Positions 22,205 to 34,029 of a DNA stretch of 64,000 bases are shown piece by piece. The number at the start of each line of letters is the position of its first letter. Within the stretch, counting starts at the first letter, position 1. This stretch comes from Scyliorhinus canicula. Its lineage: Eukaryota. Both the position numbers and the translations under genes were made by a program. The stretch lies in contig NC_052163.1 of the NCBI RefSeq assembly GCF_902713615.1, positions 110,735,093-110,799,092 on the forward strand, read 5' to 3'. Under the pieces are notes generated by a model. That model was not told the origin of the DNA, ran no database searches, and saw only the letters and a program-made list of their open reading frames with translations.

Positions 22205-23860
22205 AATTTGCCTGGTTCAGTATCTTAGCCCCTGTTGATATCTGCCCAGGTATCTGAAACACCTGCCTCCGCCTGATGTGCATCAGTAACTGTGTGTTGC
22301 TCCCCAGATTGTACCCCAGACTCATGTCCACCATGTCACCCACCGAGGTGAGTGTCTATGCACTGGTGGATTGTGGGGTGACAGCCGTGACGACTCGATG
22401 GTGGTCTCCCCGGAGTTCCCTTCCGATGTGTTCTCTTGTTTGTCGGGGAGGCAGGGGGGTGACCCCAGATGGCGTGGCCCCATCAAATAGAGATCGTACA
22501 AGAGAATGGACAAGTAGTCAGTGGGAAGGAAGGATCATTTTGCTGGCATGAGAATCTCATTTGAGGTGGGGCCCTGCTAGCGTCACGTGGGTGAAGGGGC
22601 GGTGGATCCCCACCTCTGCGGGGCAGGCCCACCTCGCTGTTGGTGACTGCTCTCTCTGCGGCCAACCCCGTGGTCTCCAGGGCCCGTTCCTCATTGAGGG
22701 TGAGGACTCTAATATCCGGAAGCCCACCACGCGTTGAGGCCCTTCCCACCTATTATGGGCTAACTTCTCTCACGGGGACTGAGAAGGGCATTGTGAGTTG
22801 TATGCTTGATGCACCAGGGTGGGTCTATGGCAGGTGGCACGAGTGGGCACCGCTCCTGGGCATGGAGGGGTTGTGTTGGTGGTTGCCTGGGTGTTGCGAA
22901 GCGTTAATATGCTGTGGAGGAGTGCCCCCTGGCATTAGTCCTGCCTGCCAGCTCCCGGCTTGTTGGGGGGGGCTGGCAGTGGTCGGGGGCTGGTAGGCAG
23001 CACCCATGCCAGGGGGCTGCTGTTAACTTGACTTTGTTGCCTGGTGGAGGTTGTTGGTCTTCTTCCTGAGCTGGACTGAGGTCACGTTGCCCCAACTGGC
23101 GGCCGTTGCCACAGCCTCCCAGGCGGCACTGGGGACTGTTATTTGTCCCCCCCAACCCCTCGGGGGAATAGAGGGCGGGATTCGCCGACCCTCTGTGCCG
23201 GAATCGCGCCCGGCGTGGGAGCGTGGAATAGCCGATCCCGCCGGAAATCCGGCGCCGACCTACCTTCCTCCGCGCAGGCCCGCTGTGTGGCTCCGCCATG
23301 TCGGCAGCGCTCGTGCCGAGGTGGGGCGCCGTGCGCATGTGCGGCCACGCAGTCTGGCTAGCAGGGCCCCGCCGGCAGCCAGAGCTTCGGGATGCACGCC
23401 GTGGCTCAGCTAGCCATCTGGAAAACGGAGAATCACCCCGGACCTTCGAGGAAAAAGTCTTCCAGCGGGCGTGGGTACTTAGTCCCCAGAAGGGAGAATC
23501 CCGCCCAGGATGTCCCGTCTCGCATTCACGGCGTCCAGTAGCCTGAACAAGTCGGCATCCAGGAAGCGTGGAGCCATGATCGTGGTGCCTACGAGGTGCC
23601 AATGTCGTGGGCAGCCTGGGAGCTGGTTCAGAGGGGGAGGTCTATGAGCTATTCCCCCTTGTCAGTGCAGAGCTGCCAGGCGCGGCCCAGCGATCCAGCT
23701 GGTGGCACAGCCAGTTCTGCCGGGAAGCTCTTGGGGGATCATTTTTGACACTAAGTGCTGCTCAATATGGCCTCACCGGCTCGACTTCAGGAAGCACCAG
23801 GGAAGTCATGTCTGATATGGACTTAAAATCGAGCCATCTGTCTCTGCCTTGGATCCCAGC
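22205..23860 (-). mobile_element. Decayed Harbinger transposon Myb/SANT-like (trihelix) gene remnant
   Basis: Minus-strand peptides MAPRFLDADLFRLLDAVNARRDIL (about 23578-23507), SAAWEAVATAAS..VQLRKKTNNL (about 23130-23045) and EKLAHNR..GGLPDIRVLTLNEERAL (about 22770-22680). Confidence 0.7.
23173..23506. mobile_element. Harbinger-type MITE inserted in the Myb-like ORF
   Basis: TIRs gggcgggattcgcc / ggagaatcccgccc; flanks aga / agg. Confidence 0.8.
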
Positions 23861-24113
23861 GAAGGACTCATAAACAGTGAACTCCCTTTTATTTTTAGCT
23901 TTCATCATTGAATTTCAATATGGCCAAAGAGTGAGCTCGACTGTAAACTTGTGTTTGTCCATGTGTGTGTGTGTGTGCATCTGTGTGTGCATCTGTGTAT
24001 TTGGGTGTGTGCATCTGCATGTGCGTGTGTGTGCATTTCGGTGTGCATGTGTGTGTGTATTTGCATGCGCATGTATGTGTGTGCATCTGCTTGTGCATGT
24101 GTGTGTGTGTGTG

Positions 24114-24285
24114 TGTGGTGAACACCACTAATGGTCTATTATATGTATTACGGCACTGCCCGTATATTAGAGGTACGTTGGTAAATCCCTGCCTGCTGGT
24201 TCCAGCTGCAGGAGGCACAACATCTTGTTTAATAAAGCCTCGATTGTTCCACCATTCTCGTCTTGTGGTAATTGACGGTGCATCA
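24114..24285 (+). mobile_element. Solo LTR (internally shortened), related to the two Gypsy elements
   Basis: tgtggtgaa...aataaagcc...gtaattgacggtgcatca; 5-bp flanks gtgtg / gtgtg. Confidence 0.8.
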
Positions 24286-24467
24286 GTGTGGTAGCCCCTG
24301 CGTGTGGGTTTGTGCGTATGTGGGGGGGGTGTGCATCTGTGTGCGTGTGTTAATGTGAGTGCGTGCGTGCGTGTGTGTGAGTTTGTGTGTTTGCATTTGT
24401 GTGACTGTCTTTGTGTGAGTTTATGTGTGTATGAATGTCTGTGTGCCTGTCTGTGTGTGTGTGTGCG

Positions 24468-24640
24468 CACTGGGCTAAATCGCTGGCTTTGAAAGCAGGC
24501 CAGCAGCACGGTTCGATTCCCGTAACAGCATCCCCGAACAGGTGCCGGAATGTGGCGACTAGGGGCTTTTCCAGTAACTTCATTGAAATCTACTCATGAC
24601 AATAAGCGATTTTCATTTCATTTAATTTAATTTCATTTCA
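24468..24640 (+). mobile_element. SINE family 2
   Basis: gggctaaatcgctggc..ggttcgattcccgta..gacaataagcgatt(ttcat)n. Confidence 0.85.
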
Positions 24641-24791
24641 TGTGTATGTGCCTTTATATTCATGCATGTATGCGTGTTTGTGCGCATCAGTATATGTGTG
24701 AATATGTGTGCATTTGTCTGTGTGTGTGCATGCAGGCATGAATGTGCACATGCATGTGTGCATGTATGTGTGAGTGTGCATGTGTGAATGT

Positions 24792-25093
24792 GGGTAGCAC
24801 GGTAGCATAGTGGTTAGCACTATGCTTCACAGCGCCAGGGTCCCAGGTTCAATTCCCGGCTTGGGTGACTGTGCAGAGTCTGCACCCTCTCCCCATGTCT
24901 GCGTGGGTTTCCTCCGGGTGCTCCAGTTTCCTCCCTCAAGTCCCGAAACATGTGCTGTTAGGTAATTTGGCCATTTTGAATCCTCCCTCTGTGTACCCGA
25001 ACAGGCGCTGGAATGTTGCGACTGGGAGCTTTTCACAGTAACTTCACTGCAGTGTTAATGTAAGCCTACTTGTGACAATAAAGATTATTATTA
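24792..25093 (+). mobile_element. V-SINE with a family-2-type tail ending (tta)n
   Basis: HE1-like head and V-domain joined to cccgaacaggcgctggaatg..cttttcacagtaacttca..cttgtgacaataaagattatta. Confidence 0.85.
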
Positions 25094-25223
25094 TGTGTGT
25101 GCATGCGAGCTGCTGTGTGCATGCATGTGTGTGTATGTTCTGAAGGTTGGGATGTGGCTTTACCATTTTAACTATCTCTGCCTGGGTGGATTGCTTTGCT
25201 CAGCTTCCGTTGTTTAAACTCGA

Positions 25224-28200
25224 TGTGATGAATGGTATCGGTAACTGCTGTAACTGTACCTTGCCTTTAATACATTGGCCCTTTAAGACCGGGCTTGGAA
25301 CCCTGGGGGACTCCGCCTCTGGCTCCACCCCCAGGAAACAGTATATAAGGTGATGCTCACTGGGCAGCGTGCTGTGACCACACTTCTCGGCAGCTGTCCG
25401 GTTCTCTGGTAATTAAAGCCTTTGAATTACCAATCGTCTCTCCTGTGTCGTAATTGAGGGTATCTCAATTTAATTACCAGACACATCAAGATGGACAGCG
25501 CTCTAAAGCCGGAGAAACTCAACCTAGACGCTCGGTCGCCGGAGGCCCCAGAAATTTTTTTATATTGGCTCCGGTGTTTTGAGGCCTATCTAAACTCCTC
25601 AGAGACTGAAGTCGACGGCGCTCGCAAGCTGAGCTTACTACATGCCCGGGTTGGCCACCGACTCTCCTCTGTGATCGAGAACACTACAACATACGAAACT
25701 GAGGTCGATATACTAAAGAAACGTTTCATAAAGCCGATTAACGAGGTACAAGCCAGACATTTGCTCTCGACCTGCAGCCAGCGCTCCGGGGAAACTAGAC
25801 GAATACGTGGAGAGACTCACTGCGCTCGCGAGGAACTGCAATCATAAAGAAGTGACGGCAGAAGTCCACATGAACTTACATATTCATGATACCTTCGTGT
25901 CCGGTATCAGGTCCTCGTACATCCGGCAGCGGCTCCTAGAAGACGGGGCAAAGGATCTCCAAGGCATGGTAACGCTCGCCTCTTCTCCAGAAACGGCCCA
26001 CCTTAACCTCCGTACGTACTCCGTGCGAACCCCTCTCGATCCCCTCCAGACTCGGCCACGCTACAGGCCTGCACCGCGCGGTGATCCGCTCACTCAGGGG
26101 GTTCCCCATGCTATTTCTGTGGGCAAGGCCAGCACCCACGTCAGCGTTGCCCGGCCCGCTCCGCGATCTGCAACGACTGCGGGAAGAAGGGGCACTTCGC
26201 TAAAGTCTGCCTGGCTAGGCCCAAAGGCCGCAAACAAAAGCCTCACAAAGGCCCAGAAATCAAGCTCCCGGCCTCACAGGCCCTGCAACGTGGCCGCGTG
26301 ACGGCCGGACACGCCTACTTCCGCCGCGTCATCGAGTTATGGGGGTGGCCATCTTGGCAGCGGCCATCTTCGAATCCTGACACGTGTGACCGATGGCGGC
26401 GGCCATTTTGTGACTCCAGGCAGCCATTTTTTAAGTCCGACTTAACCGAGGACTCTGACTACCCGCAACTAGGAGCGATCACGCTCGATCAATCGCGGCC
26501 AAAGCACCTGCGGAACTCAATGATGCGGATACAAATCAACGGCCACGACACTCCCTGCATATTTGACTCCGGGAGCACGGAGAGCTTTATTCATCCAGAC
26601 ACGGTAGTGCTCCCTGCGCACCCACCCCGCCTCCCAAACTATCGCCTTCGCTTCATGGTCCCATTCGGTACAAATCACGGGGTATTGTGTCGCGGACCTC
26701 GCGATTCAAGGCACTGAATACACCCGTTTTAAACTCTACATCCTCCCTTATCTCTGTCCTCCCCTGCTGCTCGGTCTGGACTTTCAGTGCAGCCACCGGA
26801 GCCTGACACTGAAGTTCGGCGGACCCCTGCCCCCACTCACTGTATGTGCCTGGCGACACTCAGTTGCGCCACCCCCCCTCTTCGCGAACCTCACTCCCGA
26901 CTGTAAGCCCGTCTCCACCAGGAGTCGGCGGTACAGTGCCCAAGACATGACTTTTATCAAGTCAGAGGTTCAGCGGCTACTAAAAGAGGGGGTCATAGAG
27001 GCCAGCAACAGCCCTTGGAGGACTCAAGTATTGGTAGTCTGCTCCGGGGAAAAACAACGAATGGTAGTGGATTATAGCCAGACCATAAACCTCTTTACGC
27101 AACTTGATGCTTACCCACTTCCCCGTATAGCAGAAATGGTGACTCCAATCGCCCAGTATAGGGTATTCTCGGTACAACCTGGCTAGCCATCCTCGGCTAC
27201 GTCATGGAAAACGGGGTCCTAGGCCCAGACCCCGACCGCATGCGTCCCCTTAAGGAACTCCCCCTTCCCCGTAGCCTCAAGGCACTCAAACGGTGCTTGG
27301 GGCTTTTCTCCTATTACGCCCAGTGGGTCCCCAGATATGCGGACAAAGCCCGGCCACTCATTAAGACCACGGTTTTTCCCCTGACGGCTGAGGCCCAGTC
27401 GGCTTTCGACCGTATCAAGGCCGGCATCATCAAGGCCGCCATGCACGCGGTGGACGAAGCCATTCCCTTCCAGGTAGAAAGCGACACATCCGATGTCGCC
27501 CTGGCTGCTACCCTCAACCAGGCGGGCAGACCGGTAGCGTTCTTCTCCCGAACCCTCACCGCCTCGGAAATTCGGCACTCTGCAGTCGAGAAGGAAGCAC
27601 AAGCCATAGTGGAAGCCGTGCGACACTGGAGGCACTACCTAGCTGGTAGGAGGTTCACCCTCATCACCGACCAACGGTCGGTCACCTTTATGTTCGATAA
27701 CGCATAACGGGGCAAAATAAAGAACGACAAAATTCTGAGGTGGAGGATAGAGCTCTCCACCTGTACGTACAATATTAAATATCGCCCGGGGAAGCTCAAC
27801 GAGCCCCCGGATGCCCTGTCCCGCGGCACGTGCGCCAACGCGCAAAAAGACCGCCTAAGAGCCATCCACGATGACCTCTGCCACCCAGGGGTCACCCGGC
27901 TTGCCCATTTCATCAAGTCCCGCAACCTACCCTACTTCACAGGAGAGGTCAAGGCTATGACTAAGGCATGCCAGATCTGTGCGGAGTGCAAATATTCACA
28001 GCGACCGGGGTACATCATTCATGAGCGATGAGCTGTGTCGATATCTGCTCAGCAAGGGCATCGCCTCGAGCAGGACGACGAGCTATAACACGCAGGGAAA
28101 TGGTCAGGTGGAGAGGGAGAACGCGACAGTTTGGAAGGCTGTCCTCCTAGCCCTACGATCAAGGAGTCTCCCTATCGCCCGCTGGCAGGAGGTCCTACCC

Positions 28201-29092
28201 AATGCCCTACACTCCATTAGGTCGCTCCTCTGTACGGCCACGAACGAGACCCCTCACAATCGTTTGTTTGTCTTCCCCAGGAAGTCCACCTCTGGGGTCT
28301 TGCTTCCACGTTGGCTGACGACTCCGGGACCAGTCCTACTCCGGAGGCACGTGAGGAGCCATAAAACGGATCCAATAGTCGAGAGGGTCCAATTGCTACA
28401 CGCAAACCCTCAATACGCACACGTCGAGCACCCCGACGGCAGGCAGGATACTGTCTCCCTGCGAGACCTGGCACCCGCCGGCTTCCCCACCGACCCCCCC
28501 CCCCCCACCCCTCCTACCGACGCTCCCCTCCCCACACCAACTGCCGACCCCGACAGCGCCCCCCCCTCCCATAGCGCCCCCTTCCCCCCAGCCGGCGCCA
28601 GCATCAATCACCCTAGTCACCCCGGATACCCCCGCCGCCCCGCTCCAAAGCGGGCAAAGGCTCAATCAACCTTGCTCCCGGATATACCATCACCGAAACC
28701 GACTGTATCCACGGCACCACCACCGGAGCGGAGAAGGTCAGCACGGACGGTCAGACCACCCAAAAGACTGAACTTATAACTCCACTTTCACCCCTGACAG
28801 ACTATGTGTTTTTTTTTAAACAGGGGGTGAATGTGATGAATGGTGAATGTGATGAATGGTATCGGTAACTGCTGTAACTGTACCTTGCCTTTAATACATT
28901 GGCCCTTTAAGACCGGGCTTGGAACCCTGGGGGACTCCACCTCTGGCTCCGCCCCCAGGAAACAGTATATAAGGTGATGCTCACTGGGCAGCGTGCTGTG
29001 ACCACACTTCTCGGCAGCTGTCCAGTTCTCTGGGTGATTAAAGCCTTTGAATTACCAACCTTCCCTCCTGTGTCGTAATTGAGGGTATCTCA
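25224..29092 (+). mobile_element. Gypsy LTR retrotransposon 1, defective (RT core and part of integrase deleted)
   Basis: LTRs 25224-25467 and 28848-29092 (TG..CA), exact 5-bp TSD ctcga, gag from 25491, protease FDSGS, RT start SPW..DAYPLP, RNase H, integrase remnant, and PPT cagggggtga at 28821-28830. Confidence 0.97.
25491..28779 (+). pseudogene. gag-pol pseudogene of Gypsy element 1
   Basis: Frameshifted ORFs 25491-25847, 25807-26301, 26298-26717, 26947-27186, 27204-27707 and 27979-28779, homologous to element 2. Confidence 0.9.
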
Positions 29093-29799
29093 CTCGAGAA
29101 AGACTGTCAGACTGGCTTCCTTTCAATCAGCATGTAAGTGGCTCAGCAAAGACATTGAATTAATACCTTCATGTTTCAAATTACAGAAACACTGTGAACA
29201 ATCAAACGAGGAACGGGAAGGAAAGGACAAGTCCCAACATGTGTCCTCCCCGATCATGTTGCCTGCAAACAATTCAGTACAGGGGCAATTAACGATGAGC
29301 AACAAATTCTGCCCCACCCAGCGACGCTCACATTAAATGAAAGAGTAAAGAATAAGTTTTATTATGAATAAAATAGACAGAATTTCAGAAGGATTTAAAA
29401 TGGATCAGGAGTACGGTCGGAAAAGCGGACCAAGCATTGGTGGGGATTATTCGAGCAACTGAATCAGTTTGGAGGATTAGTTTACCACTGTACCACACCC
29501 TGAGCCATGGCAACGAGACACCCTTTATTAATAAACCTGTATCGGTCTGTACATGTCAAATTCAGCTCTTCCCCACTGTCTTAGCCGGGCCAGGTGACTG
29601 TAAAGCAGGGAGCTGATTTGCTTTCAAGCGACTGCCAAAATTTGACCAAATTGACTCGTGATAACCTCTGACCCACACCCTCCTTCCCCTCCCCCTCTTC
29701 GAAGCATCACTCATTGGAGACCCTCACTCAGCCAGCACAGCACCTACATTGCTTTTCAAATCAACTTTAGTCTCATTTCTAGTCTGAAGAAAATCCATT

Positions 29800-30415
29800 T
29801 TATAAATTGTTCCGTATTATTGTCATACGAAGAGAGACAAAGTCGGTTAGGATCCGATTCATTGGTGTTTAGAAGAGTGAGAGGGGATGTCATAGAAATG
29901 TACAAAATTCTAACAGGATTAGACAGGGTAGATTCAGAATGAATGTTCCGATGGTGGGGGAATTCAGAACTAGGGTGTCATGGTTTTGAGGATAAGGGAT
30001 AAACCTTTTAGAACTGAGGCGAGGAGACATTTCTTCACGTAGAGTGGTGAATCTGTGGAATTCACTGATGTACCATCAATTGGACGCGAGACACGATGAA
30101 GATCCAAACTGTGGCTTTAATCAGCTAGTTGTTAGCCCGGTGGTCGACGACAGAGAAAGGCCGACCGCCGGGAAACCTGGGTACTTATACCCCGCCTCGG
30201 AGGCGGGGTCTACTTGCCTCTCGACCAATTGGTGAGCAGTCACATGACTAGTCCCAGCCAATCAGACGAGAGGCACATGACCAGCCAGAGCCAATGGGAA
30301 ACCAATTCAGGGTATTGAACTTGATGATCAGCTGTGATCCTAATGAATGGCAGAGCACGCTCGAAGGGCCGAATGACCTCCTCCTGCTTCTATTTTCTAT
30401 GTATGCGTCTATGTA
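29800..30415 (+). mobile_element. CR1 LINE 3' fragment interrupted by an LTR
   Basis: LSYEERQSRLG..RRVRGDVIEMYKILTGLDRVD; tail gaagggccgaatgacctcctcctgcttcta. Confidence 0.85.
30066..30304 (-). mobile_element. Truncated LTR of the same Gypsy group
   Basis: Minus strand has a TATA-like gtataagta, gattaaagcc and end aattgatggtacatca. Confidence 0.7.
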
Positions 30416-30727
30416 TTTACAGTGAGAGTCCAGCCCAGGGGTTCTGAATTGGATCAGACATCCATCACCTCCAGTTACAGTCTGGCATCGAATAACAATA
30501 AAGTTAGGTTCACTGACGGAAATAAACAAACAAAGCAATAAGACAAGTTTAATTTGCTGCAGCATGTTTCTGCGGAACCCTCGTAACTACAAACCTCATC
30601 GGAATCTGTGTCTGTCAGAAAATTACATCCTTCATTTGTTTCGGGTTCACAAAGTATCTGGATTGAACTGAGCCATTCATTGACTCCTGGGCCCAAATTA
30701 TTGGCTTCAAACGTTTCCCGTGATGTC

Positions 30728-31737
30728 TCAGGAGGAACAGGTCAGGCCAAACTGCTGCGTTCTTTTTCCTGAATCTCCGTCGTTCTCTGCCGTGCAAAAA
30801 ATCGTGCTCCTCACCTTGTCCCTGAACTCATCCGAGATGTAATAGTAAATGAAGGGGTCGATGCAGTTATTGAAGGTGGTCAGCACCAGGCAGAGCATGT
30901 AGAATAAATACAGCTCACTGCTGTCCCACAGCCGATACTCCGAGTGATGGATGAGCAGGATTATGTTACTGGGAGTGAAACAGACCAAATACACGATCAG
31001 CACCAATACCATGGCTCTTATGGCTTTCGCATATTTGCCATTATTGATCATCAGCTTTTTGATTATGGACACGTAGCAGAATAGAGTAACAAAACACGGA
31101 ATAAGGAACTCAAACACGACTAAACACACAAAGTAGTAAAAGAAATAACCGGACTGCAATTCTCTTGGCAAAACGTCGTGGCAGGTGGTGACGTTCAGGT
31201 CCTGGATCAGGTATGTCTGCTGCTGGGTGACAAACGGTATCATGGAGGCTGTGACAATCAACCAGATCAACAAACAACAACAAACAGCAAACCCATTGTC
31301 CCTGAAGCGCTTGGAGAGGAATGGACGCACCAGAGCGAAGTATCTGTCGATGCTGATGAAGGTGAGCATCAGGATGGAGCAGTACATGTTCCCGTAGAAG
31401 AAGGCGGTCATCGCCCGACAGAGACCCTCGCCAAAGAGCCAGTCGTTGCCCAGGAGATGGTAGGAGATCTTGAACGGCAGCACCAGGATCAGGAGAAGGT
31501 CGGCGACGGCCAGGTTGATCAGGAAGATGGTGGATGGCAACCGCTGGACCTTGGTGGCCAAGACTACAAGAGCCATCCCATTGGCTGGGAGCCCAATGAT
31601 CAGGATGATGCTGTAAATGGCGGGAATCATCACCGTGACAACAGAACTGGTCAGCTGACTCTTTGTTGATTCATTCAGCTGATTATCGGAACCAGTTTTC
31701 AAAAGGGGGAAACTTCTCCCAATGAATTTTGAGGGAT
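30728..31737 (-). CDS. F2RL3: Proteinase-activated receptor 4-like GPCR, gene B, exon 2 (spliced product 362 aa)
   Basis: Intact 7TM ORF with the same PAR4-like motifs as gene A; acceptor ctaatgatctatttttgcacag|AT is phase 1; candidate cleavage site FIGR/SFPLLK. Confidence 0.92.
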
Positions 31738-31891
31738 CTGTGCAAAAATAGATCATTAGTGTTAGCATTTCAGCTCTTAGCTCAATTTGTAAAAATTACA
31801 AGTAGAAGAGTGGAACTCAGAATACTGGTGGTAAATTGATCATTTTAGTAACTACGACAATCGGTTTTTCAATGCTTAAGATGTATGAGCA

Positions 31892-32119
31892 GGGGCAGCA
31901 CGGTGGCGCAGTGGGTTAGCACAGCAGCCTCATGGCAGCGAGGTCCAAGGTTCGATCCTGGCTCTGGGTCACTCTCCGTGTGGAGTTTGCACATTCTCCC
32001 CGTGTGTTTGTGTGGGTTTCACCCCGCCCCAACCCAAAAATGCAGGCTAGGTGGATTGGCCACAATAAATTGCCCCTTAGTTGGAAAAAATGAATTGGGC
32101 CCTCTAAATTTAAAAAAAA
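31892..32119 (+). mobile_element. V-SINE, A-tailed form
   Basis: A/B boxes, A-tail and degenerate TSD atgtatgagcagg / atgtgtgaacagg. Confidence 0.85.
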
Positions 32120-32139
32120 TGTGTGAACAGGCCAGCAGG

Positions 32140-32410
32140 ATTTTATCAAATAGCAACCCCCCACCCCCCCCCCTCCCCACCCCCCGTATACACAAGTAAT
32201 AAATTAACAGAAATAATCAACATATAGGCAAATATACACGGCCAATCAAGAATGACAAACGAACCCCCACACAAGCCCCCCACCCACACCGCGCTCCCCG
32301 CCCCCGCCTCTCTCTCTCTCTCCCCCCCCCCCCGGGTTGCTGCTGTTGCTGACCATCACCTAACGCTCCGCCAGGAAGTCTAAAAACGGTTGCCACCGCC
32401 TGAAGATAGC
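32140..32410 (-). mobile_element. L1 3' end fragment
   Basis: Minus strand ..RWQPFLDF-like end followed by a G-rich 3' UTR, as in the other L1 copies here. Confidence 0.6.
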
Positions 32411-33006
32411 AAAACATTCTTGAGCGACTGACAGATTGAAACATGGTCTGACAAATAAAATTATGTCGTCTGCTGCAAGAAAATAAGCTGATAGTTTCAA
32501 ATAAAAATATCCATTTCATGTTGTGTTTTGAACAGAAGGAGGCCATTCAGCCCCTCGATCCTGTTACATCATTTGGGTAGGACTGCCCCAGCCACATTTG
32601 CCTGACGTTGATTAATATATTTTGATACCCTGACCTAATAAAAACCCGTTTTGGAAGCTCCAGTTTTATGGGCACCCGGTTTCAACAGCTTTTTTGGGGG
32701 GGGGAGAGTTCTGGATTTCCACTCCTGTTTGGGTGAGGGGGCAGTTTATCTTTGTCTTCCACACTCTTCCCCCAACTAACTTTTTATCATCACCAAACCT
32801 GGATGCGTTTGCTCTTGCTTCCATCTTGAAGTCATTAATATAAATTGCAATTTGTGCCTTTCAAACGGACACAATTGGACGGGAATTCCCCCCCCCCCCC
32901 CCCACCCCCCTCCCACCTCCCCACCCCCCCTCCCCCTGCGACCCACCATTGGCTAATGGTGGGATCTCCTGCTCCCCCTGCTGTTAACGGAGTTTCCCAT
33001 TGTATA

Positions 33007-33330
33007 CACCCCCACCCCCATCCCCACCCCACCCCCACCCCACTCCCACCCCCACCCCACTCCCACCCCATCCCCACCCCACCGCCACCCCACTCCCACC
33101 CCCAACCGCACCCCACTCCCACCCCCACCCCACTCCCACCCCACTCCCACCCCCACCCCACTCCCACCCCCACCCCACTCCCACCCCACTCCCACCCGCA
33201 CCCCACTCCCACACCACCCCCACCCGCACCCCACTCCCACTCCCACCCCACTCCCAACCCCATCCCCACCCCACCCGCACCCCACTCCCACCCCCACCCC
33301 ACTCCCACCCCATCCCCACCCCACCCCACT
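33007..33330. repeat. (CCCCA/CCCACT)n low-complexity tract within a MITE-like repeat (about 32875-33411)
   Basis: Direct reading; the G-rich minus strand has G-quadruplex potential. Confidence 0.85.
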
Positions 33331-34029
33331 GCCGGGAAGCTCGCGACGGGGGCTGCCGTTTGCTGAGACCGGAAGATCAAGCTAACCGGGAAAGGCCGGA
33401 AAATTCCGGCCAATTACGTCTGGTCAGAGCTGGACTGTCCTGACCCGGAGAGCAATGAATTAATATTCCCTTCCCCACCTCCCCCCCTGATGCCCCCCCG
33501 CCCCCATAAGGATGTGATCAACCAATGTAGCTAGTGGCGTGTAACTTGGATACTGATCTCCCTAAGCTATGGGTTTGTGAAAAGCAATCTTGTGTGATCA
33601 GTTACCTCATTCCTTTCACTCTATTTGAATAATATAAAAGGATCTTGCGTCTTGCAAATCTTGTGCCATCGTACAATAACAAACCAGCGCACAGATCAAG
33701 CAGGTATCAAACCATCTCAAATTAAACCTGCCTGCGATCATGATGGTGATGATTATGTGTTTGTCCACCACAGAAAACAAACAACTTTAATTTGAGGCCT
33801 TGGCCAGGCCCCTATCTGCAGTCAGTGCCTTCTGGGCACCACTCCGCAGGCAGAGGAACTGGCCTGAGGTGGGGGGGGGGGGGGGGGGGGGGGGTTGGCG
33901 GTTGGGGGGGGGGGGGGGTGGTTGGAGGTTGGGGAGGGGGGGTGGTTGGAGGTTGGGGAGGGTGTGGTTGGAGGTTGGGGAAGGGGGGGAATGGTTGGAG
34001 GTGGTTGGGGGGGGTGGGGTTACAGATGG

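Larger units (their letters stand above)
23960..24790. repeat. Degenerate (TG)n/(TGCA) microsatellite region hosting a solo LTR and SINEs
   Basis: Direct reading of the sequence. Confidence 0.85.

Noticed and set aside
6324-31768. Two receptor copies as a haplotype or assembly false duplication
   Set aside because: Exon 1, termini, introns and flanks are unrelated; only the 743-bp core matches.
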